Shown in pieces: positions 25,630 to 35,427 of a DNA stretch of 47,543 nt. The stretch spans positions 1 through 47,543 of the forward strand of contig JAPKXI010000028.1 of assembly GCA_026338065.1 (NCBI GenBank). Direction: 5' to 3'. A model generated the notes under the pieces. It was not told where the DNA came from. It ran no database searches and worked only from the letters and a program-made list of their open reading frames with translations. Positions within the stretch are counted from its first letter, which is position 1; every line of letters starts with the position of its first letter. Both the position numbers and the translations under genes were made by a program. Source of the stretch: Lachnospiraceae bacterium (GTDB lineage Bacteria > Bacillota > Clostridia > Lachnospirales > Lachnospiraceae).

Positions 25630-27048
25630 CTATTTATTCTCCGTCTGAGGCAGACTAATCCGCACAAACCGCCTTAAAAACTCCCGTCCATTAAAAGGAA
25701 ACAACGGATACAAATAACTCTTTCCCGAAAGCGTGCGATTCTGACAAATACAAAATACCGCAAACAAAATTCCAAATCCATATCCCCAAACATCCAATAT
25801 CTGTGTAAGCAGCAAGGTAATCAACCGCATAAACTTAAGTGCAAACCCCAGCTCAAAACTAGGCTGCGAATAATTTGCCAACACCACAAAAGCCATATAA
25901 AGCATAGACTCCGAATTAAACCACCCCGACTGTACCGCATAATCTCCTAATACTAAACCCGCAATTACGCTTAAAGGCGTACTAAGCATATTAGGTGTAT
26001 TCACAGCCGCAAGCCGCAACCCATCAATCGCAAATTCCAAAATAATCAACTGCCAAATCAAAGGAACCTGTATCTCTTCAGCCGGAAAGATAAACGCAAG
26101 CCATTCTGGAACCCACTCTGGATTTTTCATAAGCAACAGCCAAGTAGGTGTCAAAATCATTGTCAAGATCGTAATAATAAATCGTGACACTCTAAGATAA
26201 GTCCCTGTAACAGGAGGAAAATAATAATCATCTGCTTCCTCTAAAATATCAAATACCGAACAAGGCAGAATCATAGCGGAAGGAGAATTATCTACTAAAA
26301 CCGCAATCCCTCCTTCCAATATCGATGCCGCTGCCGTATCTGGACGCTCGGTATATTTATACTTCGGAAACGGATTCCACCATCCCCTTCTATAGAGACA
26401 TTCCGCCAAACTCTCCTGATTCATAGTCAATGCATCAATATCAATTTTTTTAATTCTCTGAATCAACTCCTTTAAAAATTCAGGATCGACACGATCTCTC
26501 ATATAGCAGACAGCTATATCCGTCTTAGAAGAACGCCCCACTGTATAGATCTCATTTGTCAATTCCGTACTTCGAATTCGGCGGCGAATTAATGCCGTAT
26601 TGGATACCATCGTTTCTACAAATCCATCCCTAGAACCACGCATTACCCTATCTTTTTCCGGTTCCTCTACTCCCCTTGACGGATAACTTCTGCAGTCAAT
26701 CAGATAAGCTTCCTGATACCCCTCTACAAACATTGCAACCACACCGGAAAGTACATTTTTTATAATCGTATCCTCTTTTGTCTCTAATTCCACCTCTAAA
26801 TAAGACAAATATTTTTTAGAAAATCCTGCTGCATCGGACGGCATATCCTCTTTTTTAATACTAACAAAAGATGCCATTAACTTCTGCATATCGTCATCTT
26901 TTACAAAACCATTTACAAAAAAATAAACTGCATTTCGCTCACCAATCAAAAGTTCTTTATATAAAATATCAAAACTATCCTCTGTCCGCAAAAGCTGCTG
27001 GAACCGTTTTAAGGTATTTTGAAAATTCAGCTGATCTGTCTTATCCAT
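25630..27048 (-). CDS. GerA-family spore germination protein (GerAA/SpoVAF-like A subunit)
   Basis: GIAVLVDNSPSAMILPCSVFDILEEADDYY and C-terminal TM helices are typical of GerAA. Start placed at MDKTDQ, which has a GGAGG-type RBS upstream. Confidence 0.8.
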   Translation of the reverse strand: MDKTDQLNFQNTLKRFQQLLRTEDSFDILYKELLIGERNAVYFFVNGFVKDDDMQKLMASFVSIKKEDMPSDAAGFSKKYLSYLEVELETKEDTIIKNVLSGVVAMFVEGYQEAYLIDCRSYPSRGVEEPEKDRVMRGSRDGFVETMVSNTALIRRRIRSTELTNEIYTVGRSSKTDIAVCYMRDRVDPEFLKELIQRIKKIDIDALTMNQESLAECLYRRGWWNPFPKYKYTERPDTAAASILEGGIAVLVDNSPSAMILPCSVFDILEEADDYYFPPVTGTYLRVSRFIITILTMILTPTWLLLMKNPEWVPEWLAFIFPAEEIQVPLIWQLIILEFAIDGLRLAAVNTPNMLSTPLSVIAGLVLGDYAVQSGWFNSESMLYMAFVVLANYSQPSFELGFALKFMRLITLLLTQILDVWGYGFGILFAVFCICQNRTLSGKSYLYPLFPFNGREFLRRFVRISLPQTENK

Positions 27049-27318
27049 TCCTCCCACCCTCTCCTTATTTTTTATTTTTCTTCAAGATAGTATCTTCTTA
27101 ATCTATCCGAAATATACAAAATTTAATAAGGAGATTTTTTCCACTTTCCTATTGGCACAATTCTTTCTCAATCAAATTATAATTATGTTTTAACTTTATC
27201 ACAGTTTCTTTTTTATCAAATTTATCAAAGAAAGAGACTACTGCAATCAGGTATAACATCCTTTACACAATAGTCTCTTTCCTTTTTATTTCTATTCGAA
27301 CTCTTTATTTTTATTTCT

Positions 27319-28041
27319 TTATTCTGAGGCAGCGGAATCCGAATGATAACTATAACTATTACTCTCGCCTTCTCCACGCACGGTTAAATCTAAAGTAGTA
27401 ATCGTGCCTTCATATTCTGCCGGTATTTGGAAAATTAAAACCGCCTGTTTCGTTTCATTTGCTGCAAATACTTCCTTAAAAGAAGCCAAATCATCCAGTA
27501 ACATGGTAAGCTGTGCCCCAAATCGTTCCGTATCATTTACCCGACACCGGTAAGTTCTCTCTTTGGATAAAATATCGCACTCTTTTTCCTCTCCCGTCCG
27601 ATTGGTAATATCAAACTTCATAACCAGCAGCCGTTTATTCTGCGTTGCCCTCATTGCAAAATAAGCATCTCCTGTATTCGGATATGTATTCGTCACTTCA
27701 TACCCGGCATATTCTACCTCAAATCCTTCCGCTGCAATCCCTACCGCTTCCGAAAGATTCTTTGCCGGTGCCTCCGTAGAAACAGGAAGATTCGGCGATA
27801 TCTGCCCGCCCTGTCCGTTTTGTGATATATCTGCCGGAGCAGTTGGTGTAATATAAATATTCGGAATAGTCTCTATTACTTCGTCCTGCAATTTAGGCTG
27901 ATAGGTATTTGAATATTTTAATAATACAGTTGCTGCATACTCTGCTATTAGATCACTTTCACTATCTGTCAATTCCACTGCTCCGCAGCCTGTTAAAAGT
28001 ATCGTTGCTGCACATAACACAGTACATAGTCTCTTTTTCAT
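27319..28041 (-). CDS. Hypothetical lipoprotein
   Basis: Signal peptide with lipobox LLTGCG; 240 aa; no recognisable domain. Confidence 0.6.
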   Translation of the reverse strand: MKKRLCTVLCAATILLTGCGAVELTDSESDLIAEYAATVLLKYSNTYQPKLQDEVIETIPNIYITPTAPADISQNGQGGQISPNLPVSTEAPAKNLSEAVGIAAEGFEVEYAGYEVTNTYPNTGDAYFAMRATQNKRLLVMKFDITNRTGEEKECDILSKERTYRCRVNDTERFGAQLTMLLDDLASFKEVFAANETKQAVLIFQIPAEYEGTITTLDLTVRGEGESNSYSYHSDSAASE

Positions 28042-28252
28042 CCTTCTTACCTCTCACTCTATTCATAAAATTTACAAAAAATTCCCGTCCTGCTTTCCTC
28101 TCTTCTCCTAATATATCACGAAATCTGCATTTTCACAACCTGATTTTACATTTTCACAATGCAAATTTCCTTTTTCAACCTAACAATACCCATTCCCAAG
28201 CAGCTCCATCTCGCCTTTTATTCTTTTTATCAATAAAAATACAGGAAAAAAC

Positions 28253-28501
28253 AGCCAGAGTTGGGAAGCGATTCTTTTTTGCTGTGACTTCGGAGAAAAG
28301 TTAGAACGTCTTATGCCTCTGTCGATCCACTAGGATTTTTTGCCATTTCCAAATGGCAAAAAAAGGCACGTGTTTAGCCTCCTGCAGAGGCGAATTGCGT
28401 GCCGATCCGTCCGGTTAGATGCACCTAAACTCAGAGGCATTAGCCGTTCTTACTTTTCGGAGAGCGGAACAGCAAAAAAGAATCGCTTCCAAACTCTAGC
28501 G
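28253..28501 (+). repeat. Family A structured repeat, copy A4
   Basis: Outer stem gccagagttgggaagcgattcttttttgctg/cagcaaaaaagaatcgcttccaaactctagcg. Core helices ggcacg/cgtgcc and cctc/gagg replace ggggtg/cacccc and cccg/cggg of the other copies, each change fully compensated. Confidence 0.85.
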
Positions 28502-28539
28502 TCCCCCTCCCCCCATTTCCCTACAAAACCCCCATTTCC

Positions 28540-30054
28540 CTACAAAACCCCCGTATCACTATCCACCTCAAACCAAAATTCCACCCCATTTTCCAAATTT
28601 CGAACCCCATATTCTTTATGATGAGCTTCCATAATTGCCTTTACAATCGACAGCCCAATCCCGCTCCCTCCATACTCTCTTGTCCGTGCCTTATCCACCT
28701 TATAAAACTTAATCCAAACCTTCCCCAACTCCTCCTCTGGAATCGGATTCCCTGTATTAAAAACAGACACCCTTACCGTATGCTCATTTTTTGTCAAAGA
28801 AACAACGATCTGCTTCTCTCCGCCTGCATAGTGAATCGCATTACTAATATAATTCGTAACCACTTCCTCTAACTGATACTCATCTCCCCATACAAAAACC
28901 GGCTCCCGCTGCTCGAATAAAACCGTAATCTTGTCCTGCCTGCATAAAATTTCAACCGACTGAATCACACCCAAAATCAATGCCGTCAAATCAAACCGCT
29001 CCATCGTAATCTGTTCCTGTCCAAATTCTAACTGATTTAAAGTCAGCAGTTTCTTTACCATTTTATTCATTTTATCTGCTTCATCTATAATTACTTCACA
29101 GTAAAACTCCCTGCTTTCTGCATCCTCATTAATCCCTTCTGCAAGCCCCTCCGCATATCCCTGAATCAATGCAATCGGCGTTTTTAATTCATGAGATACA
29201 TTCGATAAAAATTCCTTCCTTATCTCCTCCATCTGAATCTTCTGCTCAATATCCTTTTGCAGTTCATTATTTGCCGACTTTAATTCAGAAATCGTATGCT
29301 CTAACTTTTTGGAAAGTTCATTCATACTCTGCCCTAACACACCGATTTCATCTTTATCGTGCCGCTCATACTTTGCCTCAAAATCTAAATTAGACATTTT
29401 CCCCGATAATTCTGCCAATTCCAACAAAGGTCTAGTCAAACGCCTAGTAATCGTAATCGAAATCATAATAGCTAAAATACTGACAATTCCTCCCACATAG
29501 GCAACAAAACGATTGGAAATCTCTACACTTTCCTTTATACTTTCCACCGGAATACGAAGCAGCATATATTCTCTGGTATTAGGCTCCACCCCGAATAATT
29601 CCAAAAAATTAGTCGAATAGCGACTATCTTTATTTCGAAAAATACTATAATCCTCTTCCCTTTTTAAAGTCACCGCACTATTCTCAATTCCAAATAAATA
29701 AGGCATTACCAAATCCTGCAGGGTCTGTACATTGTGCACATTATAATAGACTGGTTTTAACATTCCTGTATTGGCATCCAAAATAATAAATGTAATATTG
29801 GATTTTTGGCACAACCCCTCTAACTCCAATGCTACCTCATCCGCCTTTTTATTACTCTGTACCAATTCACACATACTCACATAAGCATTTTCCAATTTTG
29901 TCTGTTTACTAATTAAATAATAATCTTCTAAAAATCGATTATTAATCAATAAAAGCAAAAAAACTGTACCAAAAGTCGCAAATAACATTAATGCTATTAT
30001 TTTGGTTCGAATAGAATATTGTATTTTCCCTACTAAACCTGCTATTTTACTCAT
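28540..30054 (-). CDS. Sensor histidine kinase (2 TM, HAMP, HisKA, HATPase_c)
   Basis: H-box SNVSHELKTPIALIQGYAEGL, with N, G1 and G2 boxes in the C-terminal third; 504 aa. Confidence 0.9.
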   Translation of the reverse strand: MSKIAGLVGKIQYSIRTKIIALMLFATFGTVFLLLLINNRFLEDYYLISKQTKLENAYVSMCELVQSNKKADEVALELEGLCQKSNITFIILDANTGMLKPVYYNVHNVQTLQDLVMPYLFGIENSAVTLKREEDYSIFRNKDSRYSTNFLELFGVEPNTREYMLLRIPVESIKESVEISNRFVAYVGGIVSILAIMISITITRRLTRPLLELAELSGKMSNLDFEAKYERHDKDEIGVLGQSMNELSKKLEHTISELKSANNELQKDIEQKIQMEEIRKEFLSNVSHELKTPIALIQGYAEGLAEGINEDAESREFYCEVIIDEADKMNKMVKKLLTLNQLEFGQEQITMERFDLTALILGVIQSVEILCRQDKITVLFEQREPVFVWGDEYQLEEVVTNYISNAIHYAGGEKQIVVSLTKNEHTVRVSVFNTGNPIPEEELGKVWIKFYKVDKARTREYGGSGIGLSIVKAIMEAHHKEYGVRNLENGVEFWFEVDSDTGVL

Positions 30055-30095
30055 CTCTTTCTCTAATACCTTTCTGCTTTTATCCCTCTGATTCC

Positions 30096-30776
30096 TTATT
30101 TTCCCGGTTCAAATTTATATCCCATTCCCCATATGGTTTTAATATATTCCCCTTTTTCCCCCATTTTACTCCTTAATTTTTTTACATGTGTATCAATGGT
30201 TCTAGCATCCCCAAAATAATCATAATTCCAAACATGATTTAAAATCTTTTCCCGAGACAACGCCAGCCCCTGATTCTCAATAAAATACGTCAATAACTCA
30301 AACTCTTTAAAACTAAGTTCTACATCCTCTCCATCAATTGTAACTTTATGTGCAGCCTTATCCAGACGAATTCCTCCTATCTCAATCGCTTCATCCATGC
30401 CAAGCACATTGGTACGGCGTAAAATAGCTTCTACTCTTGCCACTAAAATTTTAGGGCTAAACGGTTTTGAGATATATTCATCCACGCCCAATTCAAATCC
30501 CAGCAGTTCGTCCCGCTCATCCCCCTTTGCTGTCAGCATAATAATCGGTACCTTTGAATGTTGTCTAATCTCTCTGCAGACTTGCCAGCCGTCCATCTTC
30601 GGCATCATAATATCCAATATTAAAAGTGCAATCTCTTTTTCCTGAAAAAAAATATCAATCGCTTCTTCTCCGTTCTCTGCTTCTAAAACCTCAAAATTCT
30701 TTTTCACCAAAAAATCCCGTACCAATTTTCTCATTCGGCTTTCATCGTCAATCACCAGAATTTTTAACTTTTCCAT
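30096..30776 (-). CDS. OmpR-family response regulator
   Basis: Receiver domain ILVIDDE...LILDIMMPKMDG and a winged-helix C-terminus (trans_reg_C); 226 aa. Confidence 0.9.
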   Translation of the reverse strand: MEKLKILVIDDESRMRKLVRDFLVKKNFEVLEAENGEEAIDIFFQEKEIALLILDIMMPKMDGWQVCREIRQHSKVPIIMLTAKGDERDELLGFELGVDEYISKPFSPKILVARVEAILRRTNVLGMDEAIEIGGIRLDKAAHKVTIDGEDVELSFKEFELLTYFIENQGLALSREKILNHVWNYDYFGDARTIDTHVKKLRSKMGEKGEYIKTIWGMGYKFEPGK

Positions 30777-30846
30777 TTTATTCCTTCTTTCTTTTCGTTC
30801 TAATCTCTGGATCTTTTTCTATTTTAAAAATTATCATAAAGTTATG

Positions 30847-31461
30847 TTAATTTTGTGAATCTTTCCCGAAAAGTTCCTTTTCTTTTGCCTTTAATTCTTT
30901 TTCCCTTTCTTTTAATTCTGCTTCTTTCTGCTGTAAATCTTTTTCCCATGATATATATTTATTAATCAGTGTATTCTCATAATTTAATATATTGACATGA
31001 TTACTATTTAGTGTAATATAAGCCATAATCAATATAGCAGCAATCAACAAAATATTTAAAATAAGGGCATGATAATATTTCTGCCGATAATAAAGACTTG
31101 TATTTTTTTTATTTTTCTGAGCAATTCGTTCTTCTTTTTCCGCTCTGTCCCTCTCTCTTACCCGCAGCCACTGTTCATCCTCTAACTGAAATCCATATAT
31201 TCTCTGATTCTCGATCTCTTTTGCCTCTAACAACCGCTCTTTCCATTCCCTTAAAAATTTTGTCCCAACTTCTGTTTTCAATATATTGCGTTCTGCCAAT
31301 TTATTATATACAGCAAGTGCAACCTCCATATTTTCCATATCATTTTGCGACAAAATATACTGTATCCCTTCCCACTCTTTTTTTGCCTTTTTCGCTTCCA
31401 CCGGATCTCTGTAAGTAATCCCGTAAATGGTTTCTCCTTTAGCCATACCGCTTTTCTCCAT
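30847..31461 (-). CDS. Hypothetical single-pass membrane protein with coiled-coil segments
   Basis: ORF with a central TM helix (ILNILLIAAILIMAYITL) and KE-rich heptads; 204 aa. Confidence 0.5.
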   Translation of the reverse strand: MEKSGMAKGETIYGITYRDPVEAKKAKKEWEGIQYILSQNDMENMEVALAVYNKLAERNILKTEVGTKFLREWKERLLEAKEIENQRIYGFQLEDEQWLRVRERDRAEKEERIAQKNKKNTSLYYRQKYYHALILNILLIAAILIMAYITLNSNHVNILNYENTLINKYISWEKDLQQKEAELKEREKELKAKEKELFGKDSQN

Positions 31462-31505
31462 TTCTTTTAGTCAAAGGAAATAAGGAAATTCGGAATCTGC
31501 TCCTT

Positions 31506-31640
31506 CCTCATAATCCTATGCTGCTATCGCTGCTTGTCAGATGGAACTTGCCCCCAACTGACACAAGGAAGTCCCCCAACCCACCGCTTTCGCCTTCACG
31601 GCTTAGAAGCAGAGGACCTCCTTGATAGGTTAAAAAACAC
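31506..31640 (+). repeat. Family C repeat, copy C3
   Basis: taatcctatgctgctatcgctgcttgtcag...ctgacacaaggaagtccccc...ggcttagaagcagaggacctccttgataggttaaaaaa. Confidence 0.7.
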
Positions 31641-31662
31641 AAAAGCCCCGGATCTCTCCGGG
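31631..31662 (-). terminator. Rho-independent terminator after the 153-aa ORF
   Basis: Minus-strand cccgga-gaga-tccggg followed by GCTTTTGTGTTTTTTA. Confidence 0.55.
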
Positions 31663-31683
31663 ACTTACTCTGCCGCAAAATCA

Positions 31684-32145
31684 TTAAAAATCAACACGTC
31701 CTGCATTTTTGCCGTTGATCACATAATATACAGCGGCTTCTTCTGGCTTAATATAAATATCTAACTTTTTAATCGATCCGGCACGATGTCCTTCTGATTC
31801 CCAAGCCTTCTTTACTCTATCTTCAATATCTACTATATTGACTTCTTTATTTGCATATTGAATATAAATCTGTTTTTCCTGACCGTTCTCTTTCTTAACA
31901 GCTTCCTTCTTTGCAGCCCCTCTTTTCCCTGCTGCTTCTGTTTCTTTCTTTGCTGTTCCTCTCTTTGCCCTTGGTTTTCTCTGCTTTAGAACGGATGTCT
32001 CTCCGTCATTTTCCATAAACAACTCATCCAAAGAAGCCTCTTCCAATTTTGCTTCTGCCGGCTTACTTTCCACTGCTTCCGGCATCACTGCTGATTGAGT
32101 CTTTTCTGCGATTTCATTTTCTGTTCCTTTTTTCCTTCTTGGCAT
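31684..32145 (-). CDS. Hypothetical protein, K/E-rich N-terminus with a conserved C-terminal domain
   Basis: 153-aa ORF, C-terminal IYIQYANKEVNIVDIEDRVKKAWESEGHRAGSIKKLDIYIKPEEAAVYYVING; no function assignable. Confidence 0.5.
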   Translation of the reverse strand: MPRRKKGTENEIAEKTQSAVMPEAVESKPAEAKLEEASLDELFMENDGETSVLKQRKPRAKRGTAKKETEAAGKRGAAKKEAVKKENGQEKQIYIQYANKEVNIVDIEDRVKKAWESEGHRAGSIKKLDIYIKPEEAAVYYVINGKNAGRVDF

Positions 32146-32164
32146 ATATATCCCTCCTTCACAA

Positions 32165-32416
32165 TTAACAATCTAAATATGCTGCCATACTCTCCATTGC
32201 CGCATCTTCATCTGCACCATCTGCATATATTGTAACACTCATCCCTTTATGAAGTGTCAGTGCCATCATACCCATGATACTCTTGGCATTTACCTTACGT
32301 GTTCCATTCTCCAAATAAATAGAGCTTTCATATTGACAAGCAATCTGCACTAGCTTTGCTACCGGATTTAATTCTTCTTCCGCAGGTGCACCAACCAAAA
32401 CTGTCTTGCTTTCCAT
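32165..32416 (-). CDS. HPr-like phosphocarrier-family protein lacking the catalytic His15 (Crh-like); Ser46 region retained
   Basis: MESKTVLVGAPAEEELNPVA...KVNAKSIMGMMAL. The Ser46 motif KSIMG is present, but the position of GIHARPA has no His. AGGAGG lies 8 nt before the ATG at 32416. Confidence 0.7.
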   Translation of the reverse strand: MESKTVLVGAPAEEELNPVAKLVQIACQYESSIYLENGTRKVNAKSIMGMMALTLHKGMSVTIYADGADEDAAMESMAAYLDC

Positions 32417-32497
32417 TCTATACTCCTCCTCTAATTGCATACCAATTCCTTTTTTTCTCTTTTTCGTTCCTTTCGGCACAAATAGCTTTTCGAATAT

Positions 32498-32527
32498 ACT
32501 ATATAACACAAACAACCATTTTGGCAA
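32498..32527 (-). promoter_or_regulatory. Putative sigma-A promoter for the HPr-like gene
   Basis: Minus-strand TTGCCA, 18 nt, TATAGT. Confidence 0.35.
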
Positions 32528-32536
32528 GCACTTTCG

Positions 32537-32570
32537 AAAAAAAAAATTAGCAGACGCGATCCGCATCTGC
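32537..32570 (-). terminator. Rho-independent terminator after tRNA-Pro
   Basis: Minus-strand gcagatgcg-gat-cgcgtctgc (9 bp with one G.U) followed by TAATTTTTTTTTT. Confidence 0.8.
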
Positions 32571-32580
32571 TTAAATTCAG

Positions 32581-32654
32581 TCGAGGTGACGTGATTCGAA
32601 CACGCGACTTCTACGTCCCGAACGTAGCGCTCTACCAAACTGAGCCACACCTCG
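32581..32654 (-). tRNA. tRNA-Pro (anticodon CGG)
   Basis: The reverse complement reads CGAGGTGTGGCTCAGTTTGGTAGAGCGCTACGTTCGGGACGTAGAAGTCGCGTGTTCGAATCACGTCACCTCGA, a 74-nt cloverleaf with anticodon loop TTCGGGA. Confidence 0.85.
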
Positions 32655-32680
32655 AACATAACACGGTTACGTTTAACCGA

Positions 32681-33043
32681 TGGAGCTGAGGGGAATCGAA
32701 CCCCTGTCCGAAGACTCCTCCATCAAAGCATCTCCCACCACAGTCCCTGTTTTATGCATAGCCTTTTTCTATACGGTTCCCTCTATCGGACACCCATGGA
32801 CAGGTTTCCGGCTTTAGTAGCTTCATTTTTCTTTTATACCCTCAAAGCTTTGGATACAAAGTTCCTTACCTCCTTGATGCCGGATTCTTAAGCAGTAAGC
32901 TACCTAAGAGCGACAGCTGCTATTAAGCAGCGAACGCGTAATCTTCGTTTGCGTTTATATTTAATTTTCGGTTTACTAATGCGGTTCCGACCCGCAGGTG
33001 GCTTCTCCAACTTCATAATCCCCGTCGAAACCAGTACAACCCC
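32681..33043 (-). ncRNA. ssrA: tmRNA (ssrA)
   Basis: 5' GGGGTTGTACTGGTTTCGACGGGGATTATGAAG and 3' GGGGTTCGATTCCCCTCAGCTCCA form the tRNA-like domain, with G3.U as the alanine identity pair. The internal tag reading frame is GCAAACGAAGATTACGCGTTCGCTGCTTAA (ANEDYAFAA*). Confidence 0.9.
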
Positions 33044-33090
33044 GAATTTTTCAATTCTTTCAGTTGAATGGTTCTTACAGAACAATAGTT

Positions 33091-33119
33091 ATTATACTGA
33101 TAAAATAATCATTCGTCAA
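33091..33119 (-). promoter_or_regulatory. Sigma-A promoter for tmRNA
   Basis: Minus-strand TTGACG, 17 nt, TATAAT, about 45 nt upstream of the mature tmRNA 5' end. Confidence 0.6.
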
Positions 33120-33298
33120 GTATTTTTTTTTATTTTTTAAAAAAAGTCCGATAAAACAAAAAACCTCTTTCCTGCTTTAACTGCCCTTTTCCTCCCAATA
33201 CTTATGTACGCAAAAAAAGACTGCTGCAAAACAATAAATAGTATTATGATTGCCCCTATATTCTGTAAAATTACTATATTTTGCAGCAGCCCCTTTTT

Positions 33299-33607
33299 CT
33301 ATTTTTCCAATTTTTTCATCTCTAAAATAATTCGATCCAAATCTTCTAACGACTGCTTAATAGAACTATTTACCGCTGCTGAACTGCTTGCCAATTCCCC
33401 GACTTTTGTAGCAACAATCGCAAATCCTTTTCCGGCATCTCCGGCTCGTGCTGCTTCTATTGAAGCATTCAATGCTAAAATTTTTTGCTGACTTTCAATT
33501 TTATCCAAATTTTTTGTCTTATCTAAAATTTCCCTAATACAATCGTCTGCCCGATCAATACAAGCCTTTAACTCCTCAAATTGAACTCCTGTTTCTTTCG
33601 TCTCCAT
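33299..33607 (-). CDS. Mini-MCP: 102-aa protein consisting only of the methyl-accepting chemotaxis protein signalling hairpin tip
   Basis: [31 protein letters not shown] is the highly conserved MCP tip (the CheW/CheA-binding region). There is no TM, HAMP or sensor domain. Confidence 0.6.
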   Translation of the reverse strand: METKETGVQFEELKACIDRADDCIREILDKTKNLDKIESQQKILALNASIEAARAGDAGKGFAIVATKVGELASSSAAVNSSIKQSLEDLDRIILEMKKLEK

Positions 33608-33648
33608 AGAATTATTCCTCGCCCTCTCTTCTCTTATTTTCTTTATCC

Positions 33649-34566
33649 TTATTTTAAAAACCCATTTACAATCTGTGCCTCAGCCTCACTCTCTGTTAGT
33701 CCAAGCGTCATTAACTTAATGATCTGTTCTCCAGCAATCTTTCCAATCGCCGCCTCATGAATCAGACTTGCCTCCAGATGATTTGCTGTAATTTCAGGAA
33801 TTGCACTAATATTGGCACGATCCATAATAATAGCATCACATTCCGTATGTCCGTTACACTTATTATTCCCATTAATCTTTGAAAAAAAGATCTGTCTAGA
33901 ATCATCTTTTGCCACTGCCCTAGAAATCACATTCGTTCCAGAACCTTCCCCATCCAAATCCACCTCAAAGGAAGTCTCTGCTACTTGTTTTCCATGTGTC
34001 ATCAGCTTCTCTTTAATCACCAAAGTTGCATAGTCAGCCAGTTTTGCCTTAGTAGAACGCTTAGTAGAATCCACTCCCCGAATCTGAACGGTCTCCATCT
34101 CCATATAACTGCCTTCTCCTAATTCCACAACCGTCTGCGGATTCATAATCCGTTCTCCTGTTCCTTCCCCGCTTCCATAATGCTTTTCCACATATCGCAC
34201 TTTTGCATTTTTCCCAACAAAAAAACTATGAATTCCATCATGCCGAGTTTCCTTTGCTCCACCATTATGAATTCCGCACCCTGCAACAATTGTAATATCG
34301 CAGTCATCTCCTATGTAAAAATCATTATACACCATCTCTGTCAGTCCGCTCTGACTAAGCAGCACCGGAATATGCACACTCTCCTTTTTTGTTCCCGGCT
34401 TAATTCGAATATCAATCCCCTGTTTATCCTCTTTTGTTACAATATCAATATTGGCGGTCGTATTCCTCTCCGCACTGACACCATTTGCACGAATATTGTA
34501 TGCTCCCTGCGGCACTTCATGAAGTCCTGCTACCTGTTCAAGCAAGGTCTTTTGAATCTCATCCAT
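33649..34566 (-). CDS. sufB: SufB/SufD-family Fe-S cluster assembly protein
   Basis: 305-aa beta-helix-type SufBD protein immediately downstream of sufC. Confidence 0.8.
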   Translation of the reverse strand: MDEIQKTLLEQVAGLHEVPQGAYNIRANGVSAERNTTANIDIVTKEDKQGIDIRIKPGTKKESVHIPVLLSQSGLTEMVYNDFYIGDDCDITIVAGCGIHNGGAKETRHDGIHSFFVGKNAKVRYVEKHYGSGEGTGERIMNPQTVVELGEGSYMEMETVQIRGVDSTKRSTKAKLADYATLVIKEKLMTHGKQVAETSFEVDLDGEGSGTNVISRAVAKDDSRQIFFSKINGNNKCNGHTECDAIIMDRANISAIPEITANHLEASLIHEAAIGKIAGEQIIKLMTLGLTESEAEAQIVNGFLK

Positions 34567-34568
34567 CT

Positions 34569-35303
34569 CTACACCTCCCTTTTCTGATAATACCTGCAGG
34601 AACTTGTACCAGATAGCAATTCCGGCAAAATCTCATCCTTCTTTCCAATTGCCTGAATGGATCCATTTGCAATCACCACAATCTCATCCGCAATATTCAA
34701 AATCCGCTCCTGATGAGAAATAATCATAATCGAACGTTTCTGTTCCTGATAAAGTCTTTCAAATACATCGATCAAATTACTAAAACTCCACAAATCAATC
34801 CCCGCTTCCGGCTCATCAAACACAGAGAGTTTCGATGCCCGTGCCATCACAGTCGCTATCTCAATCCGCTTTAATTCCCCGCCGGAAAGACTGCCGTCCA
34901 CTTCCCGATTAATATAATCCCTAGCACAAAGCCCCACCTCAGACAAATAATTACAAGCTCCGGCAACCGTCAGCTTCTTTTCTTTTCCTGCCGCCAGCAT
35001 AATCAGATCCTTTACTGTAACCCCCTTAAACCGCACCGGCTGCTGAAAAGCAAAACTAATTCCTGCCTTTGCCCGTTCTGTAATGGTCATCTCTGTAATA
35101 TCCACCCCATCAAATAAAATTCTTCCCATGGTTGGCTTTTCAATTCCGACAATTAACTTAGCAAGCGTTGATTTTCCTCCGCCATTCGGTCCGGTTACAG
35201 CAATAAACTTTGTATTATCCACAGTTAAACTAATATTCCGTAAAATCTCTTTTTTCTGATTTTCTCCTTCCACTTCAAAGGAAACATTCTGTAATTCCAG
35301 CAT
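34569..35303 (-). CDS. sufC: Fe-S cluster assembly ATPase SufC
   Basis: Walker A GPNGGGKSTL, ABC signature LSGGELKR and Walker B LSVFDE; 244 aa. Confidence 0.9.
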   Translation of the reverse strand: MLELQNVSFEVEGENQKKEILRNISLTVDNTKFIAVTGPNGGGKSTLAKLIVGIEKPTMGRILFDGVDITEMTITERAKAGISFAFQQPVRFKGVTVKDLIMLAAGKEKKLTVAGACNYLSEVGLCARDYINREVDGSLSGGELKRIEIATVMARASKLSVFDEPEAGIDLWSFSNLIDVFERLYQEQKRSIMIISHQERILNIADEIVVIANGSIQAIGKKDEILPELLSGTSSCRYYQKREV

Positions 35304-35427
35304 TTTTCTTTATCCCTTTATGCCTTTCTTCCCGATCATTCCACTCGGTAAATAATCCTATCATTTCCAAAATTTTCTATTCCATTTCCAAATGATATAC
35401 TTATTATAGTTTTTCCTAGCAAAAAAG

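Noticed and set aside
32165-32659. The long 164-aa version of the HPr-like ORF extending through tRNA-Pro
   Set aside because: The extended N-terminus overlaps the tRNA-Pro gene and its terminator and has no RBS. The AGGAGG-ATG start at 32416 gives a canonical ~83-aa HPr-fold protein.
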